A DNA stretch of 64,000 bases from a bacterium (GCA_963674695.2 CAXXGI010000002.1:512001-576000); one strand, 5' to 3'; positions 1-8,654 are shown, counted from the stretch's first letter. The notes: generated from the letters alone by a model not told the origin. Numbers and translations: made by a program.

Positions 1-407
1 CTGACGACATCATAGGTCTCGCCCGTGGTCGGGTCGAAGGGGACGATCGAAGAGGAGGTGAGCAGATACGCCTCATGCGGGCCTTCGATCAGGAGGCGAG
101 CTGGAAGTCCCGATCCATCGGGTGAACGCATCCCCGTAAAGGTCGACGAGATGATCATCGGGTTTGTATCGAGATCGATGGCGATCACGCCGGCGGGGTC
201 GGAGAAGTTCACCACGAAGGCGGTGGAGCGCATGCCGTCGATGTCGGGGATCACGAGGTCCGCCGGAAAATCGGAGGTCAGCGCGAACGCCGGAGGGATA
301 ACCTCGCTGCCGTCGGGGGTGTCCGGAATGGTGGTGTAGATCTGGCTATGTCCGCAGGCAGTGAGCATGAGTGCCAGCAGGGCTCCCAATAAGAGTTTTC
401 GATACAT
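1..407 (-). CDS. Lipoprotein (5' part only, runs off window), possibly a B12-uptake accessory beta-propeller (BtuG/YncE-like)
   Basis: Missing from the ORF track because it is truncated. Read by hand from ATG at 407: MYRKLLLGALLALMLTAC-GHSQIYTTIPD..., with lipobox LTAC and SD GAAGGAG at 414-420. It is open to the window edge and lies downstream of btuB on the same strand. The function is inferred from context. Confidence 0.75.
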   Translation of the reverse strand, partial: MYRKLLLGALLALMLTACGHSQIYTTIPDTPDGSEVIPPAFALTSDFPADLVIPDIDGMRSTAFVVNFSDPAGVIAIDLDTNPMIISSTFTGMRSPDGSGLPARLLIEGPHEAYLLTSSSIVPFDPTTGETYDVV

Positions 408-427
408 GTGCTTCTCCTTCTGAATGG

Positions 428-498
428 TGTCATTCCCGCGAAGGCGGGAATCTCGACGGTCACGGCCCATCGAGATCCCCGCGTTCGCGGGGATGACA
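428..498. repeat. 71-bp TGTCA-tagged REP-like double hairpin, copy 1
   Basis: TGTCATTCCCGCGAAGGCGGGAATCTCG-spacer-CGAGATCCCCGCGTTCGCGGGGATGACA. Near-identical copies of the same length lie at 3776, 10447 and 59891. Confidence 0.9.
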
Positions 499-514
499 CC
501 CCCAAGGTTTGTCA

Positions 515-2626
515 TCAGCCGGATGAGTCACGAGTCACGGCTTTATAGTTCGCTCCCACCGTCATCCAGTAGCTGCGGCGCGGCAGCGGGAAACCCCGCG
601 CATCGTAGATCTGTACGTTGGTTACATCCTTCACCTCGACGGTGGCGAAGAAATGCTTTGCGAATCGCCAGCGTGCGCCGAGGTTCAGCGCGGTGTGGCC
701 GGTCAGCCAGACGGTGTTCGCTGTATTGACCGGGTAGTCGCCGATGTATTGCACTTCGCCGAAGAGGGTCAGCGTTTTGATGAATCCTTCGAGCCGCGCG
801 TTGGCCTTATGTCGCGGCCGTCCCGGCAGGCGACGGCCATTCGCGACAAACGTCGCGTCGAGAAAGGTGTAGTTCGCGTCGAGATGAACGTATTTCACCG
901 GATCGAAACGGGCGGTCAGTTCCACGCCGCGGCTGCGCGCGCGATCGGTGTTGACCGGCATGATCGTCGTGGCTGAGATGGGCACGAACATGATCTGGTT
1001 GTCGATGCGACGATCAAAATAGATACACTCGAGTCCCGCGATGCGATGATCGAGCGCAATTCCCGCATCCCATTCGAAAGCCTGTTCGTCATTTAAGTTT
1101 GCGTTGCCGCGGATATATCCCTGATCCGGGTAATAGAGTTCGTCGAACGAGGGATAGCGAAAGGAGGTGCCGACGTTCGCTTTGATCGTCAGCCAGGTGA
1201 GCGGTCGTCCGATCGCGCCCACCTTCCAACTCAAATGGCTTCGGCGGGAACTCGCGGTTTCGACCCGCGCGCGCGGCACGAAGACGAGCCGTTCTCCCAG
1301 AAGTCCCACCTCCTCCTCGAGGAAGAGGGCATTGGTCACGCGCCCATGCGTCCCCATGAGATTGGCACCCGCCAGCGGCGATTCGTCATGCGTGTGATCA
1401 TAGCGCAGCTGATACCGGAAGGTGGTGAGCAGGTTCACATGGCGTGATGAAAATCCATGTTGAAGCTTGGCATATCCCTCGGGTGCATAGGAGACCCAGG
1501 TGGTATCGATCGGGCCGCCTAGCGCCGGGCTTGGGTCGGTGAAGTGATCGTGACTGAAGAGGTTGGTGATGCCGACCTCACCGGTGAGCCCTGAGGTGAT
1601 GAGCGGGTCGATCGCGAGCTTGAGGCTCGAGACGGTACGAAAGAGTTCTTCATTCGCTTCCAGCGGATTGGCTGGATAGAGCTGTGTGGTTTCGATCTCC
1701 ATGCCCGGCACCTGGCGGTCGGTCCAGAGGAAGTCGTTGGCGACCGAGACGGTGAGCGCGTCGGTCGGGCGCACATCGAACTTGGCCAGCACATCCTCCA
1801 TGATCGAACGGTTATGCAGGCGCGTATAGATGCGGGGATTTGCGACCTGCCCGCCGGCCAGTGTCACTCCGGCGCTGCGAAAGGTGAAGTCGCCCCCGGT
1901 GGAACGGTGCGAGTGCGCCAGCACCAGATCCCACATCTCATGTGGTTCGCGCCAGGACTCCTGGGTTTTGAGCGTTGCAAACGAGGCGCCGGTCAGCGCC
2001 AGGTCGATGGCGCGAGTTTTTCCCGCGCTCTTGGTGACGATGTTGATGACGCCACCGATCGCGTCCGTGCCGAAGCGAGCCGAGGCATCCCCACGGATGA
2101 TCTCGATGCGATCGATCGCCTCGATCGGAATGGTGGAGAAGTCGACGGCCCCGGCCAGCGCGGTATTGATGCGCACGCCATCGAGGAAGACCGCGACCTG
2201 TTCAGCCGATGATCCGCGGATGGAGACCGTGGAGAGCTGCCCTTCGCCGCCCATGCTGGTGACGTCGACGCCGACGGTCTGTGAGATCATCTCGGAGATC
2301 GATTGGGTGGTGATGCGGGTGGCATCCGGACGGATGATCGTGGCAAACGCGCTGACATCCTCGTTCGATACCCGCCTGGCGCGCCCTTCGACGCGAACTT
2401 CGCCTATATGAACCCCTTCCGTTTCCCCTTCCCCTTTAGGGGGGAGGGAGGTCGGCATCGAAGATGTCGACGGGAGGGGGTGACCTATTGCTTCGATCGC
2501 ACGATCGGGAGCCGTCTCCTGCGCATTGAGGAGTGTCGGGGAGAAATGGATCCCGGCGACGAGGAGGAGGGTGACAAAAAAAACCTTCCGCCTCGCGGGG
2601 AAGGTTTTGGAAACGCGTACCACCAT
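515..2626 (-). CDS. btuB: TonB-dependent outer-membrane receptor, probable vitamin B12 transporter
   Basis: Plug motifs SIRGSSAEQVAVFLDGV and IDRIEIIRG..ARFGTDAIGGVINIVTK, plus a beta-barrel C-terminus (GFPLPRRSYWMTVGANY). It lies directly under a cobalamin riboswitch. The start was moved from 2833 to ATG 2626 (SD GAAAGAGG) because the longer ORF runs through the riboswitch. Confidence 0.88.
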   Translation of the reverse strand: MVVRVSKTFPARRKVFFVTLLLVAGIHFSPTLLNAQETAPDRAIEAIGHPLPSTSSMPTSLPPKGEGETEGVHIGEVRVEGRARRVSNEDVSAFATIIRPDATRITTQSISEMISQTVGVDVTSMGGEGQLSTVSIRGSSAEQVAVFLDGVRINTALAGAVDFSTIPIEAIDRIEIIRGDASARFGTDAIGGVINIVTKSAGKTRAIDLALTGASFATLKTQESWREPHEMWDLVLAHSHRSTGGDFTFRSAGVTLAGGQVANPRIYTRLHNRSIMEDVLAKFDVRPTDALTVSVANDFLWTDRQVPGMEIETTQLYPANPLEANEELFRTVSSLKLAIDPLITSGLTGEVGITNLFSHDHFTDPSPALGGPIDTTWVSYAPEGYAKLQHGFSSRHVNLLTTFRYQLRYDHTHDESPLAGANLMGTHGRVTNALFLEEEVGLLGERLVFVPRARVETASSRRSHLSWKVGAIGRPLTWLTIKANVGTSFRYPSFDELYYPDQGYIRGNANLNDEQAFEWDAGIALDHRIAGLECIYFDRRIDNQIMFVPISATTIMPVNTDRARSRGVELTARFDPVKYVHLDANYTFLDATFVANGRRLPGRPRHKANARLEGFIKTLTLFGEVQYIGDYPVNTANTVWLTGHTALNLGARWRFAKHFFATVEVKDVTNVQIYDARGFPLPRRSYWMTVGANYKAVTRDSSG

Positions 2627-2669
2627 GCGCCGCCTCTTTCCGCGAAGAGTGCACAACAACTGAAAAGGT

Positions 2670-2850
2670 GCCGGCGCAAGGTTTCCTGACTCGGGAGTTT
2701 CGGGATTTTCTCCGAAATCGCTTTCGCCTCGCCTTCCCGTCCCCCTTCGGACAGTGACTGACATACGTGCGGCGAAAGATTGCTCCCTTACAGTGGCGGG
2801 ACCGCGCGGGATTTTCACCCGCTTCCCTTGCACGCCGGACCGCCGACTTC
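2670..2850 (-). ncRNA. Cobalamin (B12) riboswitch
   Basis: The minus strand reads AAGGGAAGCGGGTGAAAATCCCGCGCGGTCCCGCCACTGTAA ... GTCACTG..GGGAAGG ... CCGAGTCAGGAAACCT, the conserved core, B12 box and terminal elements, upstream of a TonB receptor. Boundaries are approximate. Confidence 0.93.
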
Positions 2851-2856
2851 GCCCCC

Positions 2857-2886
2857 TCCCTAGCAGGGCTCACCCCGAGTTGTCAA
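2857..2886 (-). promoter_or_regulatory. Putative sigma70 promoter for the riboswitch-btuB transcript
   Basis: Perfect TTGACA at 2886-2881 and a weak -10 (TGC-TAGGGA) 18 nt downstream, just 5' of the riboswitch. Confidence 0.35.
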
Positions 2887-2940
2887 ATGGGGAGGGTGTT
2901 TTTGTTTTGAACTGCCCGTTGGGAACTGCTAGCGGGGTGT

Positions 2941-3648
2941 ATGCAAAAACCAAAGCCAAGGCCCATGTCCAAACCCAGGCTCACCCCCATGACCACGACG
3001 CTGTGGGAGTATCCTTCCCAGCACTATTCGGCCGTCGGCGAGAAGGGGAAGGAGTATATCGGTGCCACGCCCTCCTGGGTCGTCTGGAATCTCCTCACCC
3101 GCTATACGCGCGAGAAGGATCTGATCGTCGATCCGATGTGCGGCTCCGGTACGACCATCGACGTCGCGCGCGAGTTAGGGCGCCGGGCGCTCGGCTACGA
3201 CATCCATCCCGTTCGCAAGGACATCTTTCGCGCTGATGCACAAAAGCTCCCGCTCGAGGACGGCAAGGCCGATTTCGTCTTCATCGACCCGCCGTATTCG
3301 GATCACATCGTCTATTCGGATGAGAAGGCCTGCATCGGAAAACTCTCGGCATTCGAGGAGCCCTATTTCGACGCGATGAAAAAGGTCATCGCCGAGTGCG
3401 ATCGCGTCCTCAAACCCCGCCGCTGCATGGCGCTGTATGTGAGCGATTCCTATCAGAAGAAGAAGGGGTTCGTGCCGATCGGCTTTCGCCTCTTTACGAT
3501 GCTCTCCCAGCACTTCAGCCCGCTCGATATCGTCTCCGTCGTTCGTCACAACAAAAAGCTCGAGCGCTCCCGTTGGCATACCGAAGCGATCAAAGGCAAC
3601 TACTACCTGCGCGGATTCAATTATCTGTTTATTATGAAGAAGGGGTAA
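2941..3648 (+). CDS. SAM-dependent amino-methyltransferase (N6-A/N4-C DNA methylase or TRM11-like), orphan
   Basis: SAM-binding VDPMCGSGTT precedes catalytic FIDPPY. The start could be 2941, 2965 or 2989. Confidence 0.8.
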   Translation: MQKPKPRPMSKPRLTPMTTTLWEYPSQHYSAVGEKGKEYIGATPSWVVWNLLTRYTREKDLIVDPMCGSGTTIDVARELGRRALGYDIHPVRKDIFRADAQKLPLEDGKADFVFIDPPYSDHIVYSDEKACIGKLSAFEEPYFDAMKKVIAECDRVLKPRRCMALYVSDSYQKKKGFVPIGFRLFTMLSQHFSPLDIVSVVRHNKKLERSRWHTEAIKGNYYLRGFNYLFIMKKG

Positions 3649-3652
3649 ACCT

Positions 3653-3760
3653 CGAAGGGCGAAGGGCGAAGGACGAAGGGCGAAGGGCGAAGGGCGAAGG
3701 GCGAAGGGCGAAGGGCGAAGGGCGAAGGACGAAGGACGAAGGACGAAGGACGAAGGACGA
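3653..3760. repeat. Heptamer tandem array (CGAAGGG/CGAAGGA) x15
   Basis: Counted 9 CGAAGGG and 6 CGAAGGA units plus CGA, starting 5 nt after the methylase stop. Confidence 0.97.
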
Positions 3761-3775
3761 CCGCGAACCGAAATG

Positions 3776-3846
3776 TGTCATTCCCGCGAACGCGGGAATC
3801 TCGCTTTTTACGGCACATCGAGATCCCCGCTTTCGCGGGGATGACA
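3776..3846. repeat. 71-bp TGTCA-tagged REP-like double hairpin, copy 2
   Basis: TGTCATTCCCGCGAACGCGGGAATCTCG...CGAGATCCCCGCTTTCGCGGGGATGACA, between convergent genes. Confidence 0.9.
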
Positions 3847-3863
3847 AAGAGACAGGTTTGTCA

Positions 3864-5348
3864 TCAATACTTTTTCCGCCGATACGCCAGTATTCCCATC
3901 GCCATCAGGAGCATCGCCAGTGCCGAGGGATTGGCACCGGCCGATGAAACGAGCGCGCAGCCACCGCCGCTCCCACCACCGCCTCCACCCTGCGTGCCGG
4001 TTCCCGAGAGCAGGATCTGCTGCGGGCTATCCGCGGCATCATCGGTGACTTCCAGGACCGAGTCGTAGGTTCCCTCCGCCGGTGGGGCGAAGGTGAGCGC
4101 GATCGTGCAGGTTCCTCCCGGGGCGATCGATTCTCCATGACAGGAATCGGTATGGCTGAATCCGCTGGAGTTGCTCTCTCCGGCGAGGGTGACGGAACTC
4201 ACGGCGAGGTTTTCCGAGCCGCTGTTGGTCAGCGTCACCGTCTGTACGTCGCTGGTTGATCCTTTCTCCACGTTTCCGAAATCAATGTTCGTCGCCGACA
4301 GGCTCACCGATGGCGAGCCGGACGAGGTTCCGGTGCCCGTGAGCGCGATCGTCTGCGGACTGTCGGTGGCGTTATCCGTGATCGTCACGGTGCCGGAGAA
4401 GGTTCCCACCGCACTCGGTGTGAAGGTAATCGAGAGCGTGCAGGTCGCATCGACGGCAAGCGTCGCTCCACAGTCATCGGCGACGGCGAAATTTCCGCTG
4501 GCCACGATGGAATCGATGGTCAGCGCGGCCGTTCCGGTATTGGCCAACGTCACTTCCTCGGCGGTGCTCGTCGTCCCGACGGTCTGTCCGGCGAAGGCGA
4601 CGGCATGACGCGAGAACGACGGATCCGGATGCCCCTGTTCGATGCCGGTGCCGGTCAGCGCAATCGTCTGCGGGCTGTCACTGGCATCATCGGTGATCGT
4701 CACCGTGCCCGTGACCGCACCCGTGGCTGTCGGCGTGAAGGTGGCCAGCAGGGTGCAGGTCGCATCCACCGCGAGCGTGTCGCCGCAGTCATCGGTGACC
4801 GCGAACGGCGCATCGGTTTCGATGCTGGTGATCGCAAGTGCCATGTTGCCGGCGTTGGTGAGCGTCACCTCATGCGGGTGGCTGGATTTATTGATCGTCT
4901 GGTCGCCGTAGGCGATGGCAGAGGCCGAGAGCACCGCGCGCGGGCTCACGCCCTGGCCTTCGACCACCGAGGTGTCGACGATCTCGCGGCTCAAGCTCAA
5001 GACCGTGGTGCTGGTCACGTAGTGGCCGCTGCCGGCCGGGGAAAACGAGACGTGGACGTCGCAGCTCTCCTCTTCGAAGAGAAACGCGTTCGAACAGCCG
5101 TCGCTCACGACCGTGAAGTGATCGCTGTCGGCGAGTGTGACCGAAAAGATATAGAGCGGCAGGATGCCGTCGGCTGCGGTGACCGTGAGTGTTTCCGTAT
5201 CCGAGGTCGTGCCCGCACGTGTATCGGAGAACTCGAGCGGGTCGGGCGTGATCTCCGCCTTTGGAATGACCCGCTGGGCAGTGGCCGTGGAGATGAACCC
5301 GAAGAGGGTGAAAGAGAGGACGAGGGCGAAAACCAATGTGCGGCGCAT
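3864..5348 (-). CDS. Surface protein with four choice-of-anchor-D/ASH-type Ig-like repeats and a GGGC + TM + basic C-terminal sorting signal
   Basis: Signal peptide, repeats VTLTNxG...DDCGxTLAVDATCT..TFTP...SPQTIALTGTG, and the end GGGGGGSGGGCALV..LAMLLMAMGILAYRRKKY. Confidence 0.85.
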   Translation of the reverse strand: MRRTLVFALVLSFTLFGFISTATAQRVIPKAEITPDPLEFSDTRAGTTSDTETLTVTAADGILPLYIFSVTLADSDHFTVVSDGCSNAFLFEEESCDVHVSFSPAGSGHYVTSTTVLSLSREIVDTSVVEGQGVSPRAVLSASAIAYGDQTINKSSHPHEVTLTNAGNMALAITSIETDAPFAVTDDCGDTLAVDATCTLLATFTPTATGAVTGTVTITDDASDSPQTIALTGTGIEQGHPDPSFSRHAVAFAGQTVGTTSTAEEVTLANTGTAALTIDSIVASGNFAVADDCGATLAVDATCTLSITFTPSAVGTFSGTVTITDNATDSPQTIALTGTGTSSGSPSVSLSATNIDFGNVEKGSTSDVQTVTLTNSGSENLAVSSVTLAGESNSSGFSHTDSCHGESIAPGGTCTIALTFAPPAEGTYDSVLEVTDDAADSPQQILLSGTGTQGGGGGGSGGGCALVSSAGANPSALAMLLMAMGILAYRRKKY

Positions 5349-5761
5349 GGAGTGCTCCTTGCTGATGAAAGGATATCGTCGTCTATTCTACCGAAACATT
5401 GCCCCGTTGAGGAGGGCGTGACCAAGGGATGAGGTATCGCTTCCCCTCCTGAAGGCGATGGATCGAACCATGGCACAGTTTGTGCTTTGGGGCAACGGAC
5501 GGAAATGGAGTTCATTTTCCATCTATCTCCTCCTTCCGCTGCCGATAAGAGGAGCAATGCCGCCATTTGCTGCGTCTGCAGCGATTGGCATTGAATGCCG
5601 TTTTGTCCGGTGTGTATTCCTTCGTGTGACGATTTAAAATGGACGTTGGTACATTTGACGCTCCTGGGTATTTCAACACGATTTCATCCCCCGCCGACAA
5701 TCAAATGAAGAGAAATACCAATTCATATCAATAGATTATAAAGACCCCATCGATCGCTGTT

Positions 5762-5778
5762 TTGGCACACAACTTGCT
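5762..5778 (+). promoter_or_regulatory. sigma54 (-24/-12) promoter
   Basis: TTGGCACACAACTTGCT has the GG-N10-GC spacing and is near consensus. It lies 48 nt upstream of the ATG at 5826, in an AT-rich region. Confidence 0.8.
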
Positions 5779-5825
5779 CTTATATAGAGGTTGAACAACG
5801 ATGAATACCTCCGTTGGGGGGCTTT

Positions 5826-8030
5826 ATGAAGAACAACACACTGACGCGTCGCTTCTCCTCGACGATAGTCATCATGGGTGCAGCCGCCGTGCTCTTCTGG
5901 CTCGGCTGCGCTTCCGGCATCAATCCACCCGATGGCTGGGATGGAGGTGACTCGGTCACCATTCCCATCCTGACCATCAGCGGCAGCATCATCACACCGA
6001 CGTCCGCCTCCATTGTGGGTGCCGATGCCTCGGTCGTCGCTGATATCAGCGGCGCCACCTACGACGCCACCCTCACGCTCAACGGTGAAGTGGTCGGCAG
6101 CTGCACCGTCGCCAACAGCATACTCGACTGCCCCTTCTACGAGCTGAACGAAGTTCCAGCCGATGGCAGCGAACTGGTCCTCACCGTCACGCCCAGCGGC
6201 GGAACCGAACCCCTGATTCAGGGCAGCTTCTCCTTTACCATGCCGGAGGGCATCTCCTTCGACGCCGGCACCTTTGACATGGACTCTACGCTCGCCTACT
6301 GGTCGCTGCAGTACGAGCCGGTCCAGGCGCACATCGCCAGCCTGAGCCAAAGCGCGGGCAAGGCGATGAGCGCGACGGCCGCCGCGCTTGCCGAACGGTT
6401 CGAAACCGCGATCACATTCGGGACGGGGGACCTCTCTGAAGCGGAAGACGCAGCCACAACGGCTCTGGCCCTGATGTATGCATGGCGCGTGGCCTACGTT
6501 GCGAACTTCGGTGAAGGGCTGGGCGAGGCGATCGAGGGCTACCTCCCCGTGGTCGCCCCCTACCTGTTGGTCATCGCCAACAACGCCGATTCGCTCTCCG
6601 ACGACGATCTGCTCTTCAGTGTGCTGGGCCTCAATTCGGACGCCGTCCAGTCCTCCCTGTTCGACACGCTCATGGCGATGGACTATACGGGAGATCGGGG
6701 CCAGATGTTGCTCGGCGCATTCGCATTTGTCGATTTCCTCTCCGACCTGCAATTGCTGGGCAACGGCGACACCTATGACGAGATCTACCAGCTGATGTTG
6801 GCCCAGGATGGCGGCGACCAGCTGACCAATGCCATCCTCGGGTGCATGGGCGACGGCTCGGTCACCGAGGCCTGCGTCTCCGGTACGATGCGGCCCAGCG
6901 GTGTGGTCTCGGCCAACGGCTGGCAGAACTGCCGCAATCACATGAAGATCTACGGCTTCAGCCTCATGACGACGGCGACGGAGGCCACCCCGAGCGCGGC
7001 GACGCTGCGCGCCATGAACCAAGCGATCGGCTGTTCGATCACCGCGTTCCCTGGTGGTATCGTCGATTATTTCTACCAGACCTTCTCCCATTCGGGAGGA
7101 GTCTCTGGGTTCATCGGGGATATTCTCTCCGGAACCGATCCCACCGGCGGTATCGTCGATCTGGAGGATAGCGAAACGTGGATGAACTGCCTGGTCCAAT
7201 GCGGCCAGACCCTCGGAATCGATGTCCTCAACGGCACGGTCGAGGAGACCTCGTCCTGTCTGATCCCCACCTTCGGGCCCACCTTCGTCGATGCTCAGAT
7301 GACGCCAGTCCTCATCAACGCCTTCGGCGGCAATCCAACCGCTTTCCTCGGTGAGTTCGAAAACAGCTCGGGTGATGATGATGATGGTGATGATGATGAC
7401 GACGAGACCAACGACGACGCCATCTGGACGCTGAGTACGTTGGAGGGCACGTTGTGCACCGCTCTGGAAGCGGCGGGTTACACGGAAGGGATCACCGTCA
7501 CCAGCACGCAGGGATTGGAAGGCGACGACTTCATCCTGTTCACCAAGGACGGCTCCGCCATCTTCACCGGCGACTCCGTCGGTGCACAGGGCGGCATCGA
7601 GATGATCGGCGGCTATTCGCAGCCCTGGGATTCGGATGAAGAGGCTCGCGTCCATCACCTCGTCGCCGATGAAAACGTCCTCTGCAACTTCCATATACTC
7701 TACGACGGGGAAACACCGATAATTCACTTTAGCTGCGACATACCGCAGTACTGCAGGCTCAACTTCGTGCTGAGCAGCGGTACGAGCCCTGTCGAGCCTG
7801 ACGGTGACGATGATGATGATGATGACGGTGGTGAAGATGAGTGTACGGAAGATTCTATCTGTGGCGCTATGACGGCTCAGGGCGGAGAAGTGTTTGGAGG
7901 TTTCTGCATGGCCTGCACATGGCCCGCCGATGGTACTACTCTTGGGTGCTTAGTTGATGTCTGTAATTTGGCTCCGCCTGAACAGGCTGCTCCGTGTGTC
8001 GGCTGGATCAACGAGACGTGTGGAGGGTGA
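5826..8030 (+). CDS. Large acidic lipoprotein of unknown function with poly-Asp linkers and a Cys-rich C-terminal module
   Basis: MKNNTLTRRFSSTIVIMGAAAVLFWLGC has lipobox WLGC. Codons show strong GC3 coding bias and there are two Asp-rich linkers. ATG 5826 is preferred over TTG 5814. Confidence 0.82.
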   Translation: MKNNTLTRRFSSTIVIMGAAAVLFWLGCASGINPPDGWDGGDSVTIPILTISGSIITPTSASIVGADASVVADISGATYDATLTLNGEVVGSCTVANSILDCPFYELNEVPADGSELVLTVTPSGGTEPLIQGSFSFTMPEGISFDAGTFDMDSTLAYWSLQYEPVQAHIASLSQSAGKAMSATAAALAERFETAITFGTGDLSEAEDAATTALALMYAWRVAYVANFGEGLGEAIEGYLPVVAPYLLVIANNADSLSDDDLLFSVLGLNSDAVQSSLFDTLMAMDYTGDRGQMLLGAFAFVDFLSDLQLLGNGDTYDEIYQLMLAQDGGDQLTNAILGCMGDGSVTEACVSGTMRPSGVVSANGWQNCRNHMKIYGFSLMTTATEATPSAATLRAMNQAIGCSITAFPGGIVDYFYQTFSHSGGVSGFIGDILSGTDPTGGIVDLEDSETWMNCLVQCGQTLGIDVLNGTVEETSSCLIPTFGPTFVDAQMTPVLINAFGGNPTAFLGEFENSSGDDDDGDDDDDETNDDAIWTLSTLEGTLCTALEAAGYTEGITVTSTQGLEGDDFILFTKDGSAIFTGDSVGAQGGIEMIGGYSQPWDSDEEARVHHLVADENVLCNFHILYDGETPIIHFSCDIPQYCRLNFVLSSGTSPVEPDGDDDDDDDGGEDECTEDSICGAMTAQGGEVFGGFCMACTWPADGTTLGCLVDVCNLAPPEQAAPCVGWINETCGG

Positions 8031-8142
8031 TGATACCGTCAATTGCTTGACCGACATCTGCAACAATTTTGGAGAGTCGGCTGATGATTGCATCGCCACT
8101 ATTTCCCAGGCCGGGTGTGAATAAGAAACGCAGCGGATAAAC

Positions 8143-8177
8143 AAAAAAACGGACCCCCGAGGGGGCCCGTTTTTTTT
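8143..8177 (-). terminator. Intrinsic terminator after tmRNA (possibly bidirectional)
   Basis: AAAAAAACGGACCCCC-GA-GGGGGCCCGTTTTTTT, a GC hairpin flanked by A and T runs. The stem pairs fully (G-U) on the minus strand. Confidence 0.85.
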
Positions 8178-8519
8178 GGTGGAGGCGGGGAGAATCGCAC
8201 TCCCGTCCGTGAATGCTTTGTGTGTGCCTCTACATGCTTACGCCGTGTATTGAATTTCGCGCGTTGCAGCTCCCACGGAAAGGATCTGCGAGGCACTATC
8301 CCCGATGAGTCTCGCTCTCCCGCGCCGGGGAAGACTTGGGAGAGCCAGCCTGCTAAGGGCGTCTCGCGGCGTAGCGGGCGTCAGCCGGTCGACGTGACGG
8401 CTTTAAGCCGCCATTGCGTAATTGTTGTCAATTACAGGTGTGCCAACAGTTTTACGACTTGCTGACAGGTCGGCATGCCACACACACTCTACGATCCACG
8501 TCGAAATCTCTTCGCCCCC
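8177..8519 (-). ncRNA. ssrA: tmRNA
   Basis: 5' GGGGGCGAAGAGATTTCGAC and 3' GGACGGGAGTGCGATTCTCCCCGCCTCCACCA form an acceptor stem with a G3-U pair. The tag frame is (A)DNNYAMAA* at 8429-8403, and smpB is adjacent. Confidence 0.96.
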
Positions 8520-8654
8520 GCCCGCCACACGAGCCTCGCGCAGCCGGCGGGAACGTCCACCACAGTCACTTTTCAAAGAACAGCTTCATTAGAGCACGCT
8601 TTCAGCGCTTTTGTTTTTCGTCCCTCGTCCCTCGGGCTCTTCAGGTTCCCAGGT

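Noticed and set aside
2627-2833. N-terminal 69-aa extension of the TonB receptor ORF
   Set aside because: It is the translation of the cobalamin riboswitch; ATG 2626 has an SD and is followed by a signal-like segment.
3653-3760. CRISPR array (also considered for 61109-61203 and the REP copies)
   Set aside because: These are spacer-less 7-nt tandem units or dispersed palindromes, and there are no cas genes.
3396-3947. ORFs with EGRRAK/RPSSFVL repeats
   Set aside because: These are translations of the heptamer array and REP, and overlap real genes.
5471-5662. Extra sigma54-like motifs at 5471-5486 and 5646-5662
   Set aside because: They have GG-N10-GC spacing but poor -12 boxes (GTGC, ACGC) and no convincing gene directly downstream.
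5736-7727. 663-aa minus-strand ORF
   Set aside because: Antisense shadow of the lipoprotein gene; the promoter, lipobox and codon bias support the + strand.
5350-8177. Prophage or integrative element at the tmRNA 3' end
   Set aside because: No integrase, phage genes or duplicated ssrA 3' end were found.
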